A DNA stretch of 64,000 nucleotides. Source: Nemertoderma westbladi. Lineage: Eukaryota > Animalia > Xenacoelomorpha. A program made the position numbers and the translations under genes. Shown here piece by piece: positions 37,745 through 51,304 of this stretch (position 1 is its first letter; each line of letters starts with the position of its first letter). Under the pieces are notes generated by a model that saw nothing but the letters and a program-made list of their open reading frames with translations, was not told the origin of the DNA and did not search any database. The stretch spans positions 24,110 through 88,109 of the forward strand of contig JAUCBJ010000795.1 of the NCBI GenBank assembly GCA_032718475.1. The letters run 5' to 3'.

Positions 37745-38081
37745 TGGAGTATGTCACCTACATAACATTGGAGGTGTCTCATTGGTTCCCCCAAGCTTGA
37801 CACTAGAACAAAATCGCCTCCGCTTTGCAGGACATTGCTTTCGCCGTGAGGACCAACCAGTGCATAATCTTGTACTTTGGCAGCCTCATGGAGTGAATAA
37901 GCATGGTGGACAGCCCATGACTTTTTTGAGACGCATCTTAAAGGACACTGGCCTTGAAGATGCGGATGATCTAGCAAATGTCATGGGTGATAGGGAGTTG
38001 TGGCGGTGCAATTTTGTCGATAAGCCGGCACAGCATTCTTAAAAATGCAGCTGCAATGCAGCATGCCGATCCTAGTAGTAG
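37745..38081 (+). mobile_element. RTE family 2 3' fragment
   Basis: RLRFAGHCFRREDQPVHNLVLWQP; ends gatccTAGTAGTAG; homologous to 33547-33880. Confidence 0.85.
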
Positions 38082-38089
38082 TCCTACTG

Positions 38090-39375
38090 TACTACTAGGC
38101 TTCCCGATTCTCCAACTACTACTAGGTCGAGCGAACTCGGACAGTGGAAATGAGATCCTTCCAGGCTTCCCGATTCTCCATAGTTGTCGCAATTTCGTTT
38201 CTCCCAAGTTCAGTATCCCTTTCAAGTTGATCTATATATGTCATGGCCGGGTCGTCCACGACTACGCTTTCCATGGGTTGGTTGCCAGAGAAGTAGATCT
38301 GGTATGACCTCATCTTTACTTCGCCAGCAGTGCCCACTGAATCTTAATTTGCGTTCACGGAGGGTGGTTGATACAGGTGGTATTGTACCATAAAGCTCGG
38401 CGTTTATCATGTGTTGTCTCCAGCTGATGTTTAGGGCTGCCCTCAGTAGTCTTGTGTAGCAACCATCAACTCGTTGTTCAAGTGATTTAGTCAGTGTCCA
38501 GGTCTCACCCCCGTATAAAAATACACTTTGCACTGTGGCTCGAAAGAACTTAGTCTTCAGGTGCCTGGAGAGATCTGATTTCCAGATTGTATCCATTTTT
38601 GATAGAGCTCCCCAAGCCTTTGCTTTCCTAACTTCTATGTCCTTTTTGCTACTCTCTATCCATGATCCAAGGTACTGGAAGTCATCGACCTTCCTTAGTT
38701 GATTATTATCAATGATTGTCAAGTTTCCATCAACATTAAAGGTCATAAATTCGGTCTGGGTAGCATTTATATGCAATCCAACCTCCTTAGCATCCCTCTC
38801 CACTTTATTTACTAGAAGCTGTGCATCTGCTAGCGTATTAGAGAGCAGGGCGATGTCATCCGCAAAGTCGGTGTCTGTGACTGTAGTTGCCGGATATCTA
38901 CTACTTCTGCGTTCTTGAAGTGTGAATCCCAGATCTTCACCCTTTGTGGCCGTCCTCATTGCGTAATCCAGCACAATTACAAATAGTAATGGTGCTAATG
39001 TGTCACCTTGTAGTACGCCAGTCAAGGTTTGAGAAAAACTCAGTTTCACTATCTGGTGAGAGTATCTGTGCTTCTGTGTCACAATATAACAATCCAATGC
39101 CAGCAACAATTACTTCTGGTATTCCATAAGCTCTTAGGATTTCAAGCATTTTACCTCTATGGATGGAGTCGATTGCCTTCTTGAAGTCCACAAAAGTCAT
39201 GACTGCGGGGAGATTCTTCGACATATTTCCTTCAATAAGTCTCCGTAGTGCAAGTATCTAAGCTATTATTGATCTATTTGGTCTAAATCCGTTTTGGCTC
39301 TTACGCAGTAGTTTCTCTATGTGAGGCCTAATCCTATATAGAATCATTTTATTGTATATTTTGGCAGCTACAACG
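38090..39375 (-). mobile_element. RTE family 1 3' half (RT with FADD), frameshifted
   Basis: ORFs 38222-39109 (DFADDIALL, FQYLGS, LRFSGHCWR) and 39003-39224. Confidence 0.92.
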
Positions 39376-39939
39376 AGAGAAAGCCGCCCCAATATTAGAT
39401 TATAACAACAACATTTCCATTGGGTAAGAAAGTGGAGAAGAGCCAGGCCCGACTCTTAATTTTTTACTTTATATTATGCGCTCAATTTTCACTCATCTCG
39501 TCATGAACACAACATGTATGTAAACTTTTTATAAATTTGTTGGCTATGCGTTTGCGGCTGTTTGGGCGGGGTGTGGTAGGCCTACACTTTTCACACTGAA
39601 ACATTTTGGTTGTGAAATGTTCAGGGCACAGCGATCAGAGATATTTCATATACATTTTATTATGAGAGGAAGAAGAACATACAACGTTATTTACTATATT
39701 ATATATAACGAAATAATTGTTTTCGGGTTTGGAAGCCTCCCCAAATAGTTGATATACGATTATATTTAAAATTATTTCCATGGTCATGGTCATTCACCCG
39801 TCTTTAATTAGAAATTTGTTTGCATGAAAGACAGTTTAGTTTGGTTTTTACTGATTCATTATCTCTTATCTGACTGGGGTAATAATAAAGGATAGGATAA
39901 ATGGAAGTAAAGTGTGACAGTAACAATTATTTCCCTGAC

Positions 39940-42900
39940 TGTCGTAAAATTTATACTGTATGTATAACTTTAATTGTGTATAAGTATACCCTACTTATTC
40001 AGTTAGTCTGTAGTTGCTACCGTAATTGTGCACCGGAAGTTCCGGTACCTCTTCTGCTGTATGTATAGGCCTTTTTCTGCCGTTCAGTTGACAATGTCAG
40101 TCAATCTGCATGTGTGCTGTGCACTTCTTCAATGTTAATTACTACCTCTTACTATTTTAAATGTACGTTTTATATGACTATGAAGAGAATTAACATTTCT
40201 TTTCCCAACGAAACACAACGCAAACCATGGGATTAACATTCCTCAAGACATTACCGTAAACGCCCCCATTGCATTCCTCGACATTTTGGTGCCTGGACCC
40301 GGATAGTGAAAGCGTCACTAATTCGATGTCGGATACGTGGGAATCGCTACATCAACGCCGAAAAGGCCACCGTGGCTTGGCGAGGCGACTGATTAACGAA
40401 ATCGAGGAGCTTATCAGACCTGATGCTCAGGTACCGGTAGCGGTAGGCCTATCCAAAAGGTATATGCAATTATGTGCACAACGTGATAAATTAGGGAAAC
40501 TTGACGAGGAAATAGAACTTCTAATCAATACCGATACCGAATCGGATTTGGAACGCGAGCTAGCCGTAGCCTCGGATTTTATGGGAGACATTTGCGACAT
40601 CCTACAACGTGTGGAAAGTCGAATGCACGTCTCCTCATCCAACGTCAATTCCAACACGTCGGCTGCAAATACAACGGGTTTTTCAGCCAATCTTCGCAAC
40701 GGTATGGAGTTCCACCAGAAACTTCCACAACTAAAACTTCCATTGTTTGATGGCACCGCGTTAGAATGGCCCAACTTTTGGGACCGTTTTCAGAATTCAG
40801 TCCACAACCGACCCGATTTATCCGGAGGAAATAAATTCGATTATTTAAAGGGCCAACTGAAGGGAGAAGCCTTGCAATTAATTTCGGAATTTCAACTAAC
40901 CGATGAGGATTACGAGGAAGCGATTGTGTTGCTAAAGGAAACATATGGTAAACCGCATCTGATTCTGCAGGCACGTATGCATGCAATCTTTGATTTGGAG
41001 AAACCCGCTGCAACATCGACCGATTTATCCTCATTTCGAGCAAAATACGAGGCTCATATAAGAGGTATTCAGAATTTGAATAACGATATCGAACATTCTG
41101 GTTATGTATACGCAGCAATAATCCTCAGAAAACTACCAGCCATAGTTCGTAGTAACATTAATCGCGCATCTAAGGTAACTACATGGAATCTTCCGGAACT
41201 ACGGGTAGCGTTACAAGAAGAAATCGAACAGTTGAAAGCACTCGAGAAGGAGGCCAAACTACCCACATTAAAATCGGGACAGAATGGATCGAAATCGAAT
41301 GACAAAAGTAAACATTTTAAATCGTTTAATGATAATCAATCTAGTGATTATGGTATAACCAAACCCGAAGGAACTGTTGGTTCATTCGCCACTGGGGGAA
41401 ACGTTTCCAGGTGGAATTGTTATTTATGTAAAGGTAAACATCCCGTTATTAATTGCGATAAATATATTACGGGTGAAAGTCGGAACCAACGTTCTCACGA
41501 ATTGGGTTTGTGTACAAATTGTCTCCGACCAAAGCATACAGCCTTACAATGTCGGAGTTCCGAACGATGTCGATCGTGCAATCGCCGTCATCACACGGCA
41601 TTACATTTTCATAAAACTACGAATAACCCTAACCCATCCGATTCTACAGTCGCAACTATATTGGATCAATCCTCTGCAAACTGCAACGTTGATATTAGCG
41701 GAGCTACATTGATGACCACTACGAGTCCTCAATTCGGTGGCAGTACAGTTCTTCCCACTGCTATCGTACCGATTATCTACGGTGATAATCGAGCTTACGA
41801 AATTCGAGCGTTAATGGACCCCGGTTCACAGCGTACATTACTTACTCGTAAAGTTGCCAATGACCTACAATTAACTGTATGTGGTCACATAAACATGAGG
41901 TTGGATGGAATTAACAAACTTGGTATCTATAAGGATTACGATATCGTAGAATTCGTTGTATCGACAGAAATTGGATTGAAACGTCTACATGCCGCTGTCG
42001 TAGACGAGTTCTCAGTCCACATATACATGCCTCAACGAACTCATATTGTCAATAAATTACTAGAACGTGGCGTTAAGCTGGCGGATACTAGCAGCGATTC
42101 CAATAATGATTTCTCACTACTAATCGGGTCAGACCAATGCTTTAACTTTATTCCAATTGGTGAAACGATTGACGGACTGTATATTATTCCTTCCTTATTT
42201 GGTAATCTGTTGGCCGGTAAAATTGAACCTAACGGGGATTCAGATAATTACAACGCCATTTCCACGTTATTAATCGGCTCCAATGACGGAGCATACGAAG
42301 ACAGCGTCGACGATTTAATTAAGAAACTATGGTCATTGGATTCAATTGGAATCCAATACGAGAATATAGATGACTCGGAGGATGCTATTCTTCAGGAGTT
42401 CCAGAATGGTATCAAATTCGAAAACGGCAAATACCATGCAAGGTTACCATGGAAACGCGAACATCCCACGCTTCCAACTAATTATAATCTCGCTAAACGG
42501 CGGTTGGATAGTCTCCTGTCACGCTTATCAGACAAACCCAACCTATTACTTAACTACGGGCAAATCATCGGAGACCAATTAAGCCGAGGGTTTATTGAAA
42601 CAGTTGAACCCGATCAACCCCCTGAACATATTGTGCACTATTTAGCACATCATTCGGTTGCTAAACCGCAGTCTTCGACGACACCCATTCGTGTAGTTTT
42701 TGATTGTTCGGCTAGAGGTAGTAGAAATAGCCCTAGCCTTAATGATTGTTTACATTCTGGTCCAAACCTTAACCATGAAATGGGAAATTTATTATTGCGT
42801 TTTCGTTTATATAAATTTGTAGCACTATCCGATATAGAAAAAGCTTTTTTGCAAATTAGACTCCATACTATTGATAGGGATGCACTCCGATTTTTATGGT

Positions 42901-45900
42901 TTAAAAACCCAACTGATATTAATAGTGCATCACAAATATATCGTTTCAAAGTTGTTCTTTTCGGTGCTACTTCTAGTTCATTTTTACTAAACGCTACATT
43001 ACGTCATCACATAGAAAGTTTTTCAGAAACTGATTTAGCAGAATATGTGCCTATTTTATTACGTAACCTTTACGTTGACAATTTAATGTGTGGCAGTAAC
43101 TCAGTTAGCGAAATTATTGATATGTATCATAATAGTCGCAAAATTATTGAAAGTGGTGGTTTTCCTTTGAGGGAATGGCAGTCTAATTGTATCGAATTAC
43201 AAGAAATTATCTCTGGTGACAAACTTGGACCTAAAAAACCAGATAATATTACGAGTATTTTTGGTTTATCTTGGAATATTGATTTAGATATTTTACAGTA
43301 TCCTAATCGTGTTATAACTATCGATAATTCTAATATAACTAAACGTACTGTACTTAGCGATTCGTCTACGGTGTATGACCCATGCGGTTTTATCATCCCA
43401 GTGACTATATCTAGTAGAATTTTTATTCAATCGTTATGGAAACAAAATTATGCATGGGATGATAAATTACCTGACAATTTGTGTGCAAAGTGGAGTAAAA
43501 TTGTTAACGATATTAATTTATCCCTGAGCTATACTGTGCAACGTTATTTACCTGTAGGAGATAATTGTGATCTACACGTTTTTTGTGACGCATCACTTAC
43601 AGCCTATGGGGCTGTTGTTTATTGTGTATCCAGTACGGATTCAAATATAATAATGGCTAAAGCAAAAGTTACCCCTGTAAATTGTAAAGAAAATAAAGCT
43701 AACAATTTGAAAATTGTGAGTAAAAGGTCACCGACATTGCCCCAACTTGAACTTACAGCGATAACTGTAGGTGCCAGATTGATGTTATACTGCAAAAATT
43801 CTTATGCAAATAATGTCATTGTAAATAAACTGTGTTTGTGGTCAGATAGTACTATCGCTCTAACGTGGCTAAATAAAGTAGATATAAATAGTCAATATGT
43901 GCGCAGTCGAGTGAATGCAGTAAATAAACTGCTTCCCAATGGAAATTTTTATCATTTACCTACGGATGACAATCCTAGCGATCTTCTGTCTCGTGGAGTC
44001 TCAGCGAAAATACTGCTGAACTCAACTTTATGGAGAAAGGGACCTGATTGGTTAACAAACCATGATTCCTGGCCTGACCAATCCGTCATTAGTAATTCCA
44101 AATGTTATTGTGCTGAAGAGTCAATGCGTGATTCAACCTTGATTACAACTGTGACAACAAGCCTTGGTGATGAGACTATAAATTTCCAAGCCCTACTAGT
44201 TAAGAATAACTATCGTTCTTATGTAAATATTCTTTCTTATGTGTTAAAGTTTATCCGAAAGGTGAAATCTTCTATTAAAAGGCGTAGTAAGAGTGGCGAA
44301 AAACCATCTGATAAATTTCCAATTAATTTTCCGAAAGATATACCTTCGTTACAAGTAAGCGATATCGTAAGCACTGAATTGAAATTAATTCGAAATGCTC
44401 AGCGAGAAACATACTCAAAGGAGTATTCATATCTCGAGACCAAGAGAGGACCAATACCGCACTTAGTCAGACAACTTAATCTCTGTTTAGTAAATACTAT
44501 TATACGTTGCAGTGGACGTATAACATATTCCTCATTGCCTTGGGAGTGTAAACTACCGATTTTACTTCCATCGAAACATTTCCTAACCGAACTTATTATT
44601 TCCGATTCACATTCCAGATTACACGCAGGTATTGCAGAAACTATTGTTGATATAAGACAACGGTATTGGATACCACGTATCCGACAACGTGTTGGATCAG
44701 TTATTCGCCATTGTGTACCATGCAGGAAGGTACAAGGAAGCCCCTATATACCTCCAATCCTTCCTCCTCTTCCTAAGTATCGTTTAGAAACATCACGTCC
44801 ATTTACAATTTGTGGAGTTGATTATACCGGCCACCTATTCGTCCGCGATACTGATGAAAAATATAAGGTCTACATTGCATTATTTACGTGCCCTGCAACT
44901 CGTGCAGTACACTTAGAACTAGTAAACGATAATTCAGCAGAGAGTTTTCTGTTTGCATTTCGTAGATTCATAAGCCGTCGTGGCACCCCGAAACGAATGA
45001 TAAGCGATAATTCTTCCACTTTCGTAGCGTCTAGCAATATCTTAGTGGAACTTCATGGCCATAATAGGATTAAATCGTTCCTCTTAAGAATGAAAATTGA
45101 CTGGCAATTCATCCCAGTTGGCGCCCCCTGGTTTGGTGGATTTTGGGAAAGACTCATTGGGATTACAAAGACAACTTTAAAGAAAGTTCTTGGTTGTAAT
45201 CTTATAACTCGTGATGAATTGCAAACCGTGTTAACAGAAATTGAAGCTTTAATTAATGACCGTCCATTGACCTATGTACATTCCGGAGCAGACGATACTA
45301 TTCCAATAAGTCCATCTCAACTTATTTGTGGATATAGAGTAACCACTTTGAGTCAAATTACCAATGAATCGATAGATGAAATGAAAGATGATGAAACTTA
45401 TTTGGAGAATGGTGATGGTTTAACACGACGACAAGAATGGTTACAAACAATATTAAGTTCATTTGCCAATCGATGGAGAATGGAATATCTTACAAGTTTG
45501 CGCGAATATCATCGTTGGTCTACAACTAAGAATCTGGTTATCCCTAACATTGGAGAGGTTGTTATCGTTAAGCCAATTAAAGGCAACGTACCACGTATGC
45601 AATGGCCTCTTGGACTTATAACCGCAATTCACCCTGGGATTGATGGCAACATCAGATGCGTCACTGTGAAAACTGGTGCAGGTTATTCGAAACGTCCCAT
45701 TAAGAGACTCTATCCTTTAGAGTGTAAGATGAAGGATATCAAAGATATCATTCCTCGTTCAATATCGACAGAAATACAAGTAAATGAAACTGAAAGTAAA
45801 CCTATAGTAAGTAAACGTGAAAGTGCGATTCGTGCGAAAGAATGTATTACCAAATATTACGATGATGAGAGCGAAACCGAAAGTGATTGAGATAAAATAT

Positions 45901-46441
45901 AAAATTAACAAGAATAAATTTATTTTGAAAATTTAATTTGGGATTATTTTTTTGTTATTTATCTGTAATATCAAATATACTATACAGTACGTTATATGGT
46001 GATATTATCTTTTTTATATGCTTTATTTTGATGAAATATTGTTAATTAGTTTATATTGTAACAAGTACATGTTATGCCATTGTCAACTTAGTGGCGGGAG
46101 TGTGTCGTAAAATTTATACTGTATGTATAACTTTAATTGTGTATAAGTATACCCTACTTATTCAGTTAGTCTGTAGTTGCTACCGTAATTGTGCACCGGA
46201 AGTTCCGGTACCTCTTCTGCTGTATGTATAGGCCTTTTTCTGCCGTTCAGTTGACAATGTCAGTCAATCTGCATGTGTGCTGTGCACTTCTTCAATGTTA
46301 ATTACTACCTCTTACTATTTTAAATGTACGTTTTATATGACTATGAAGAGAATTAACATTTCTTTTCCCAACGAAACACAACGCAAACCATGGGATTAAC
46401 ATTCCTCAAGACATTACCGTAAACGCCCCCATTTCTCGACA
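39940..46441 (+). mobile_element. Full-length BEL/Pao LTR retrotransposon
   Basis: LTRs 39940-40283 and 46103-46441 (TGTCG..CGACA), apparently identical except near the 3' end. TSD ctgac at 39935-39939 and 46442-46446. PBS TGGTGCCTGGACCCGGAT (tRNA-His-like); PPT gtggcgggagtg. Confidence 0.97.
40326..45890 (+). CDS. BEL/Pao gag-pol polyprotein (DUF1759 gag, Cys-His knuckles, protease, RT, RNase H, integrase)
   Basis: Likely start MSDTW at 40326. LPLFDG..WPNFW; LMDPGSQ; SDIEKAF; LYVDN; FCDAS; GVDYTG, SDN, GGFWERL; no stop codons. Confidence 0.95.
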   Translation: MSDTWESLHQRRKGHRGLARRLINEIEELIRPDAQVPVAVGLSKRYMQLCAQRDKLGKLDEEIELLINTDTESDLERELAVASDFMGDICDILQRVESRMHVSSSNVNSNTSAANTTGFSANLRNGMEFHQKLPQLKLPLFDGTALEWPNFWDRFQNSVHNRPDLSGGNKFDYLKGQLKGEALQLISEFQLTDEDYEEAIVLLKETYGKPHLILQARMHAIFDLEKPAATSTDLSSFRAKYEAHIRGIQNLNNDIEHSGYVYAAIILRKLPAIVRSNINRASKVTTWNLPELRVALQEEIEQLKALEKEAKLPTLKSGQNGSKSNDKSKHFKSFNDNQSSDYGITKPEGTVGSFATGGNVSRWNCYLCKGKHPVINCDKYITGESRNQRSHELGLCTNCLRPKHTALQCRSSERCRSCNRRHHTALHFHKTTNNPNPSDSTVATILDQSSANCNVDISGATLMTTTSPQFGGSTVLPTAIVPIIYGDNRAYEIRALMDPGSQRTLLTRKVANDLQLTVCGHINMRLDGINKLGIYKDYDIVEFVVSTEIGLKRLHAAVVDEFSVHIYMPQRTHIVNKLLERGVKLADTSSDSNNDFSLLIGSDQCFNFIPIGETIDGLYIIPSLFGNLLAGKIEPNGDSDNYNAISTLLIGSNDGAYEDSVDDLIKKLWSLDSIGIQYENIDDSEDAILQEFQNGIKFENGKYHARLPWKREHPTLPTNYNLAKRRLDSLLSRLSDKPNLLLNYGQIIGDQLSRGFIETVEPDQPPEHIVHYLAHHSVAKPQSSTTPIRVVFDCSARGSRNSPSLNDCLHSGPNLNHEMGNLLLRFRLYKFVALSDIEKAFLQIRLHTIDRDALRFLWFKNPTDINSASQIYRFKVVLFGATSSSFLLNATLRHHIESFSETDLAEYVPILLRNLYVDNLMCGSNSVSEIIDMYHNSRKIIESGGFPLREWQSNCIELQEIISGDKLGPKKPDNITSIFGLSWNIDLDILQYPNRVITIDNSNITKRTVLSDSSTVYDPCGFIIPVTISSRIFIQSLWKQNYAWDDKLPDNLCAKWSKIVNDINLSLSYTVQRYLPVGDNCDLHVFCDASLTAYGAVVYCVSSTDSNIIMAKAKVTPVNCKENKANNLKIVSKRSPTLPQLELTAITVGARLMLYCKNSYANNVIVNKLCLWSDSTIALTWLNKVDINSQYVRSRVNAVNKLLPNGNFYHLPTDDNPSDLLSRGVSAKILLNSTLWRKGPDWLTNHDSWPDQSVISNSKCYCAEESMRDSTLITTVTTSLGDETINFQALLVKNNYRSYVNILSYVLKFIRKVKSSIKRRSKSGEKPSDKFPINFPKDIPSLQVSDIVSTELKLIRNAQRETYSKEYSYLETKRGPIPHLVRQLNLCLVNTIIRCSGRITYSSLPWECKLPILLPSKHFLTELIISDSHSRLHAGIAETIVDIRQRYWIPRIRQRVGSVIRHCVPCRKVQGSPYIPPILPPLPKYRLETSRPFTICGVDYTGHLFVRDTDEKYKVYIALFTCPATRAVHLELVNDNSAESFLFAFRRFISRRGTPKRMISDNSSTFVASSNILVELHGHNRIKSFLLRMKIDWQFIPVGAPWFGGFWERLIGITKTTLKKVLGCNLITRDELQTVLTEIEALINDRPLTYVHSGADDTIPISPSQLICGYRVTTLSQITNESIDEMKDDETYLENGDGLTRRQEWLQTILSSFANRWRMEYLTSLREYHRWSTTKNLVIPNIGEVVIVKPIKGNVPRMQWPLGLITAIHPGIDGNIRCVTVKTGAGYSKRPIKRLYPLECKMKDIKDIIPRSISTEIQVNETESKPIVSKRESAIRAKECITKYYDDESETESD

Positions 46442-47383
46442 CTGACAACCTAGCATGTCTTAAGTATATGATATCTCAAAGGGGGAAGTTTGGATTCACT
46501 GCATAAATGCAGTTCACCAAACTTCCCCCGAATGCACACTGTAACTTCCCCCTTCCCCCAAATATCCACTGTTGAATTAATTTGAAGCGATATAATAAGT
46601 ACAAAATTGTGCGAGTTTTTAATTGTGTGGTCCAATTGTTATTTGATTTCTATTTATTATTTAAAGTGCATTTAATATCACACTGGTTTTTAGAATATTA
46701 TACTATACAACCTTATGTTTTATTAATTTACCCAATCGAAGCCTCATAAGGGCCGGTTATTTGTACGCATATCCCCTAATGCGCTCAGTAAGGTTCAAAC
46801 AACATATTAATATGAAAATAAAGTATCTGCAAAGAAAATAACCCAATACTATATAATTTGACCTTATTAAAAAATTTGCACTTTTGCACACTTATTTGTA
46901 CAAATGCACTATAGCAGATCGTAATGGTGGCTCTTATTTAACAAACTTATGTTTATCCTCTACCGATCTACGATGGTGTATGATCAAGTGTCAGTCGCTA
47001 AAAGTGTCAAAAATCCAATTTAATAAATCTGGATTTGCGATTTTGGACCATATTCATGGACATTTTAAGTCACTTTATAGACATAAAAAGTTAAACAATG
47101 TTACGATTATAGTTAGAAATCATTCCAAACTACATTTTAATCCAAAAAATTTCATTCTACGATGAATAGAACTGGAAATAATAGTGTTTGAAATATCTAA
47201 AAAATGTTCACTATTTAAGTGCATTTTGCACTAAGTGCACATAAGTCTTTACCCAAGTTGTATCCTATTTCACACACTACAATCTATCCTCTATCCAATG
47301 AAAAAAGTTTCAGATTAAACGGCCCTGTAGAACCGAAGTTATTTATGTTTAAAAATAGTCACTCGAAAATTTCAAATTCTCTT

Positions 47384-47456
47384 GGTCACATAGTCTAGTG
47401 GTTATCAATCACGTTAATGAAACCTAAGTTCGCGGGTTCGAAATCCAATATTGACC
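47384..47456 (+). pseudogene. Degenerate tRNA-derived sequence (tRNA pseudogene or SINE head)
   Basis: ggtca..tgacc ends, A-box TAGTCTAGTGG and B-box GGTTCGAAATCC; the anticodon arm pairs poorly. Confidence 0.5.
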
Positions 47457-48899
47457 TGACCATTCTTAATTTTTTTGCAAAAAAATTATTTTTATTTTTT
47501 CACTAAAATCGCTCTAACTTCGGTTCTGGTGGTCCAAATTCAATAAAATTGGTATATTCTTTGCCGTAATTTTTTTCTTAATCTTTTGAGAAGGGGTTAT
47601 TTTTGGCCCCAAAAAAATTAAAAAAAGGGCCAAAATAACGCGATATTTTTCGACCCTTAAAATTCGTAATTTTAATTATATATGTTAAGATAAAAGATAG
47701 CGGAGTTAATTTGATACTTTTTACAGGTACTTTTGGCGCAATACGCTAAATTATAATGGAATAGCGATTTGTTAGAAAAAAAATTTTTTCGTCCCTTTTT
47801 ATAAATATTATATTTCACACGATCGCCTGCCGCTCCAGTTTTATAATACCTCCGGCGCTGTGATTAACGCTGTTAGATATATAATTTAACGCACTATAAG
47901 TCTGTGTAAACAAATCTCCCGTAAGTTAAGTAGTTTTCGAGCTAGACGATTTCCCGCGAAGCAAGTTTGAAGCGCGAAATTATAATTTTGGCCCTCATTT
48001 TTTTAATATCATCCTTGGAGCAAAACCGATAGCATATTTGAATTCCCCGTATGGATATTGACTGTATAGAATGTACCTTAACCAACTAAAGTTAAAAATA
48101 AAAATTATTCGATAAAAACTACTTTACAAATTCTGGCCCTTTTTGGCCCCTATTGCCGACATATTTTTTGTACCCCCATTCGATAGGAACGTAGCCCTAA
48201 TGGTCTTCTACGAGTTTCATAAAAGAATTAGTGGATTTCTACCCGCGTTGTCGAATTAAACATTTCGGAAATAAGTTTTCCAAAAAAGACGGACAAAAAC
48301 GTACAAATTTACAGCCCCTTTTTCCACCCGAAATTTTAATAAATATCTTACCCCCATTCGATACGAAGGTAGTACCACTCTTCCCCTTTCTAACCGCGTT
48401 ACTTTCGTCCCCGTACGATTAATATTAGCCGAGTTATAGCGGATCCCGCAAAGTCATTTTGTCCGTTTTTTCAACTTTGACGGACATTTTCGGAAAAAAG
48501 GCGTGGTAATCTTTTTTGAAAAAAAAAACGAATTCACTAATTAATCCCTTCTATCGTATCCCGGCGTCGGCTAAGCAATAACCTAGGGTTTTTTCGAGCC
48601 ACTGTAGAGCGCCTTTCAAAAATTTTTTGAAAAAGTCGAAAAAATGACGGTTTTTTGTCCGCCGTGTCCGTCGAAGGGTTAGATTTAATAATGTTAGAGT
48701 TGCTAATATCTTAGAATTCCGAGCCGCTCCCCTGGTGAGAAAATAAAAAAATTTGGTCTGTTCCTTCATCGAAAAGTCCCCCAGAATCCCAAGTTAACCT
48801 ATATAGTTAGCGATGGCCTGCGGCTTTAGGAGCGGCCGCGGTATTCACCTCCCTCATAGCGGCCGCGGCGGTGTTGCGTCAAATGGAGAAATATTTATC

Positions 48900-49185
48900 C
48901 CACCAAGCAGACAGATCCCACGATAGTTTGTTGGTATACCGAGGTCTCCTTTCTTGGGGAGAGGCTTTAGTTGACCTTTAGTCCAAATTGGTGGTGGCTT
49001 TTCCCCTTTTAACATCCGGTTGCAAACATTCAATAATGGTCTATTTAGCACTCCGGTTTTCCATACCTCCCCTGGGATTTCATCTAATCCACTCACTTTA
49101 ATATTGGACATGCTTTTAATGCTTCTTTGGAGTTCGGCGGTTTTAAGTCCCCTGTTTCTATAGGTAGTGTCTTGTCATATATTTA
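48900..49185 (-). mobile_element. RTE family 1 internal fragment
   Basis: SGLDEIPGEVWK..PLPKKGDL..NYRGICLL. Confidence 0.85.
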
Positions 49186-51304
49186 ATAAATAAATACCGT
49201 TAGTTGAACTAATGTTTGTTAAATAACTATTTAAATCTACGCGGTCAGAAGTACCGCTATCCGGGCGGGGGTGACTCAGGTAGTTGAGTTGACTTGGGTG
49301 GGGTTTTAGTTTTGATTTTGGACATTGGATACAAACTATGGAGACTTTGAATCGGACATTATTTGTTATTAAACGGCCCCATACACAAGTCCATATATTG
49401 GGGGTATACTTTAAATTGTAGTTATTTAAAATTTAAAAAATCGCTTCTCTGGCGTTACTAATTTCCAGTATATAATCCAAAAGGTATTCAGCTGCTACAC
49501 AAATGAGAGATAAGTTCATCCAACCTGAGAGTGAGTTACTGATGGGGAGACTGTCATCTCGGGAGGACGGACTAGAGTACCAGACACTACTGCTAGCATA
49601 GCCTACACATTATTGCTATACCGTCAAGAGTAACAATGGACACGCCGACATTTATTTCGTTTGATCAAATGAAGTCATACAAACTTTACTGTTAAATGTG
49701 AAGTTGGTAAATTTGGTAAAATAAAAAGTCAGAAATGTGTGCGAATGTGAGTACGTAACTCTCGACACTTTATAGTTATCAACCTAATAATTTAGTTATT
49801 AATGCTGTAATATAATAATTGAGGTCATAATAAAACTCCAACATCAAATTCCTAAGCAACTCGTTGATTTCATAAATAACGAAGTATGAAACGATGTGTT
49901 ACTAACTCCCGCCTGTTCACCTATAATTGGGGTCACCTATCGGTCGCCACACACTGAACCCTAATCTCCATGGCACACAAGTACCCTTAGTTAACTTAAT
50001 CCTGTACATACGAGGCCCTTTTATAATTATCTACCTGTTAACCGCTTTTTAAACGGTGATTTTGAGCGCAAATAATGTTGCCGACTTGATTGAATGCCTC
50101 GACAGTCGGGAAATTTTCCGCTCCGTATCTCCGATGGGTTGAGAGGCACCCCGAATTGGGCCACACCCGTCGTTGCTATTCCAGTGAATCGAACTAACAG
50201 TTGCGGCAAGAGAAAACGCACATTATTAATCTGTTCGATTTCTATAACTTATTGATTATATACAATAAATTGCGAATAATATTTCTTAACCGTTATTACT
50301 ATTGTCAAACATTTGTAAGGAAGTTGTCAGCATATTTGTTACGTTTACTGAACATGTTCCATACCGGGCCTAGACGCTAGACCAGGAGTCAGGAGCTGTA
50401 GGGAAAATCACGGTGGTGGATCTATTAGTAAGCCTACCCTTAAAAAAAATTAAATGTGAAAATAAAATTGAGCTACTATTGCCACCCCATTACCAATTAT
50501 TACATTACCAGGCAGCCCCAGACAGCCAGCCAGCATAATTTCTTTGGTTGTACTATCTATTTTTAGAAATATTTTATTTAATAACTATTTACATCATTGT
50601 GTGCAAAGTAGCACTTTGCAGCGTTGCGACTCGAGTTTATTTATCAATTTATGTACCGAGTGAGCGCAGCGAGGGAGGTTTCCTTTACATAAATAAACAA
50701 GGGTCTTTAACGCTGAAAAGTGTCCTTTGCAAGCATTAATGATGTATGTACAGTAATTTTGTTACATTATGTCAACTTATCAGCGTTCGGTATGTGAAGA
50801 AAGGATTTTATGGATGCTCATTTGAACATTTTGATCAAGTACAATAAAGTAAAATAAGTGAAAATAAATGAAAATTATTAACAGGTACCGGTACTACATT
50901 TATATCTAATTAAAGTTTATTGTTGTTATCTCCTGCATGGATGCGATAAATCTTTGATCCATCGTCGACTGAAGCAAACTGAGTCACCGTCTGTGTCCGT
51001 TCAGTTTTACTGAACACTGTCGCCATTTTATTTGCTTATTTTCTCTAAAATGTCTTTAGGACGTTTCGCCATAATGGATTACAGTACACGTTAAACAATT
51101 TATTTACATAGTAGCTAGTCCCGTCTCTGCAAACTGGACGCACGCATTATGCAAACACGGGCTGATTATTAAATAAAGCAGCACGCATTAATATAAATGG
51201 AAGTAATACATTCTGGAATACGGTAATTTAACTTGTTTTTCCAGTTTATTGATTACTTTGCAGCGTTACGAGAAATTCAGCATAACTCTGTTAATTTATT
51301 AGTA

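Noticed and set aside
51055-51090. Another hammerhead on the minus strand (..GGCGAAACGTCC)
   Set aside because: Upstream core reads CTGTAAT rather than CTGANGA, and there is no stem I.
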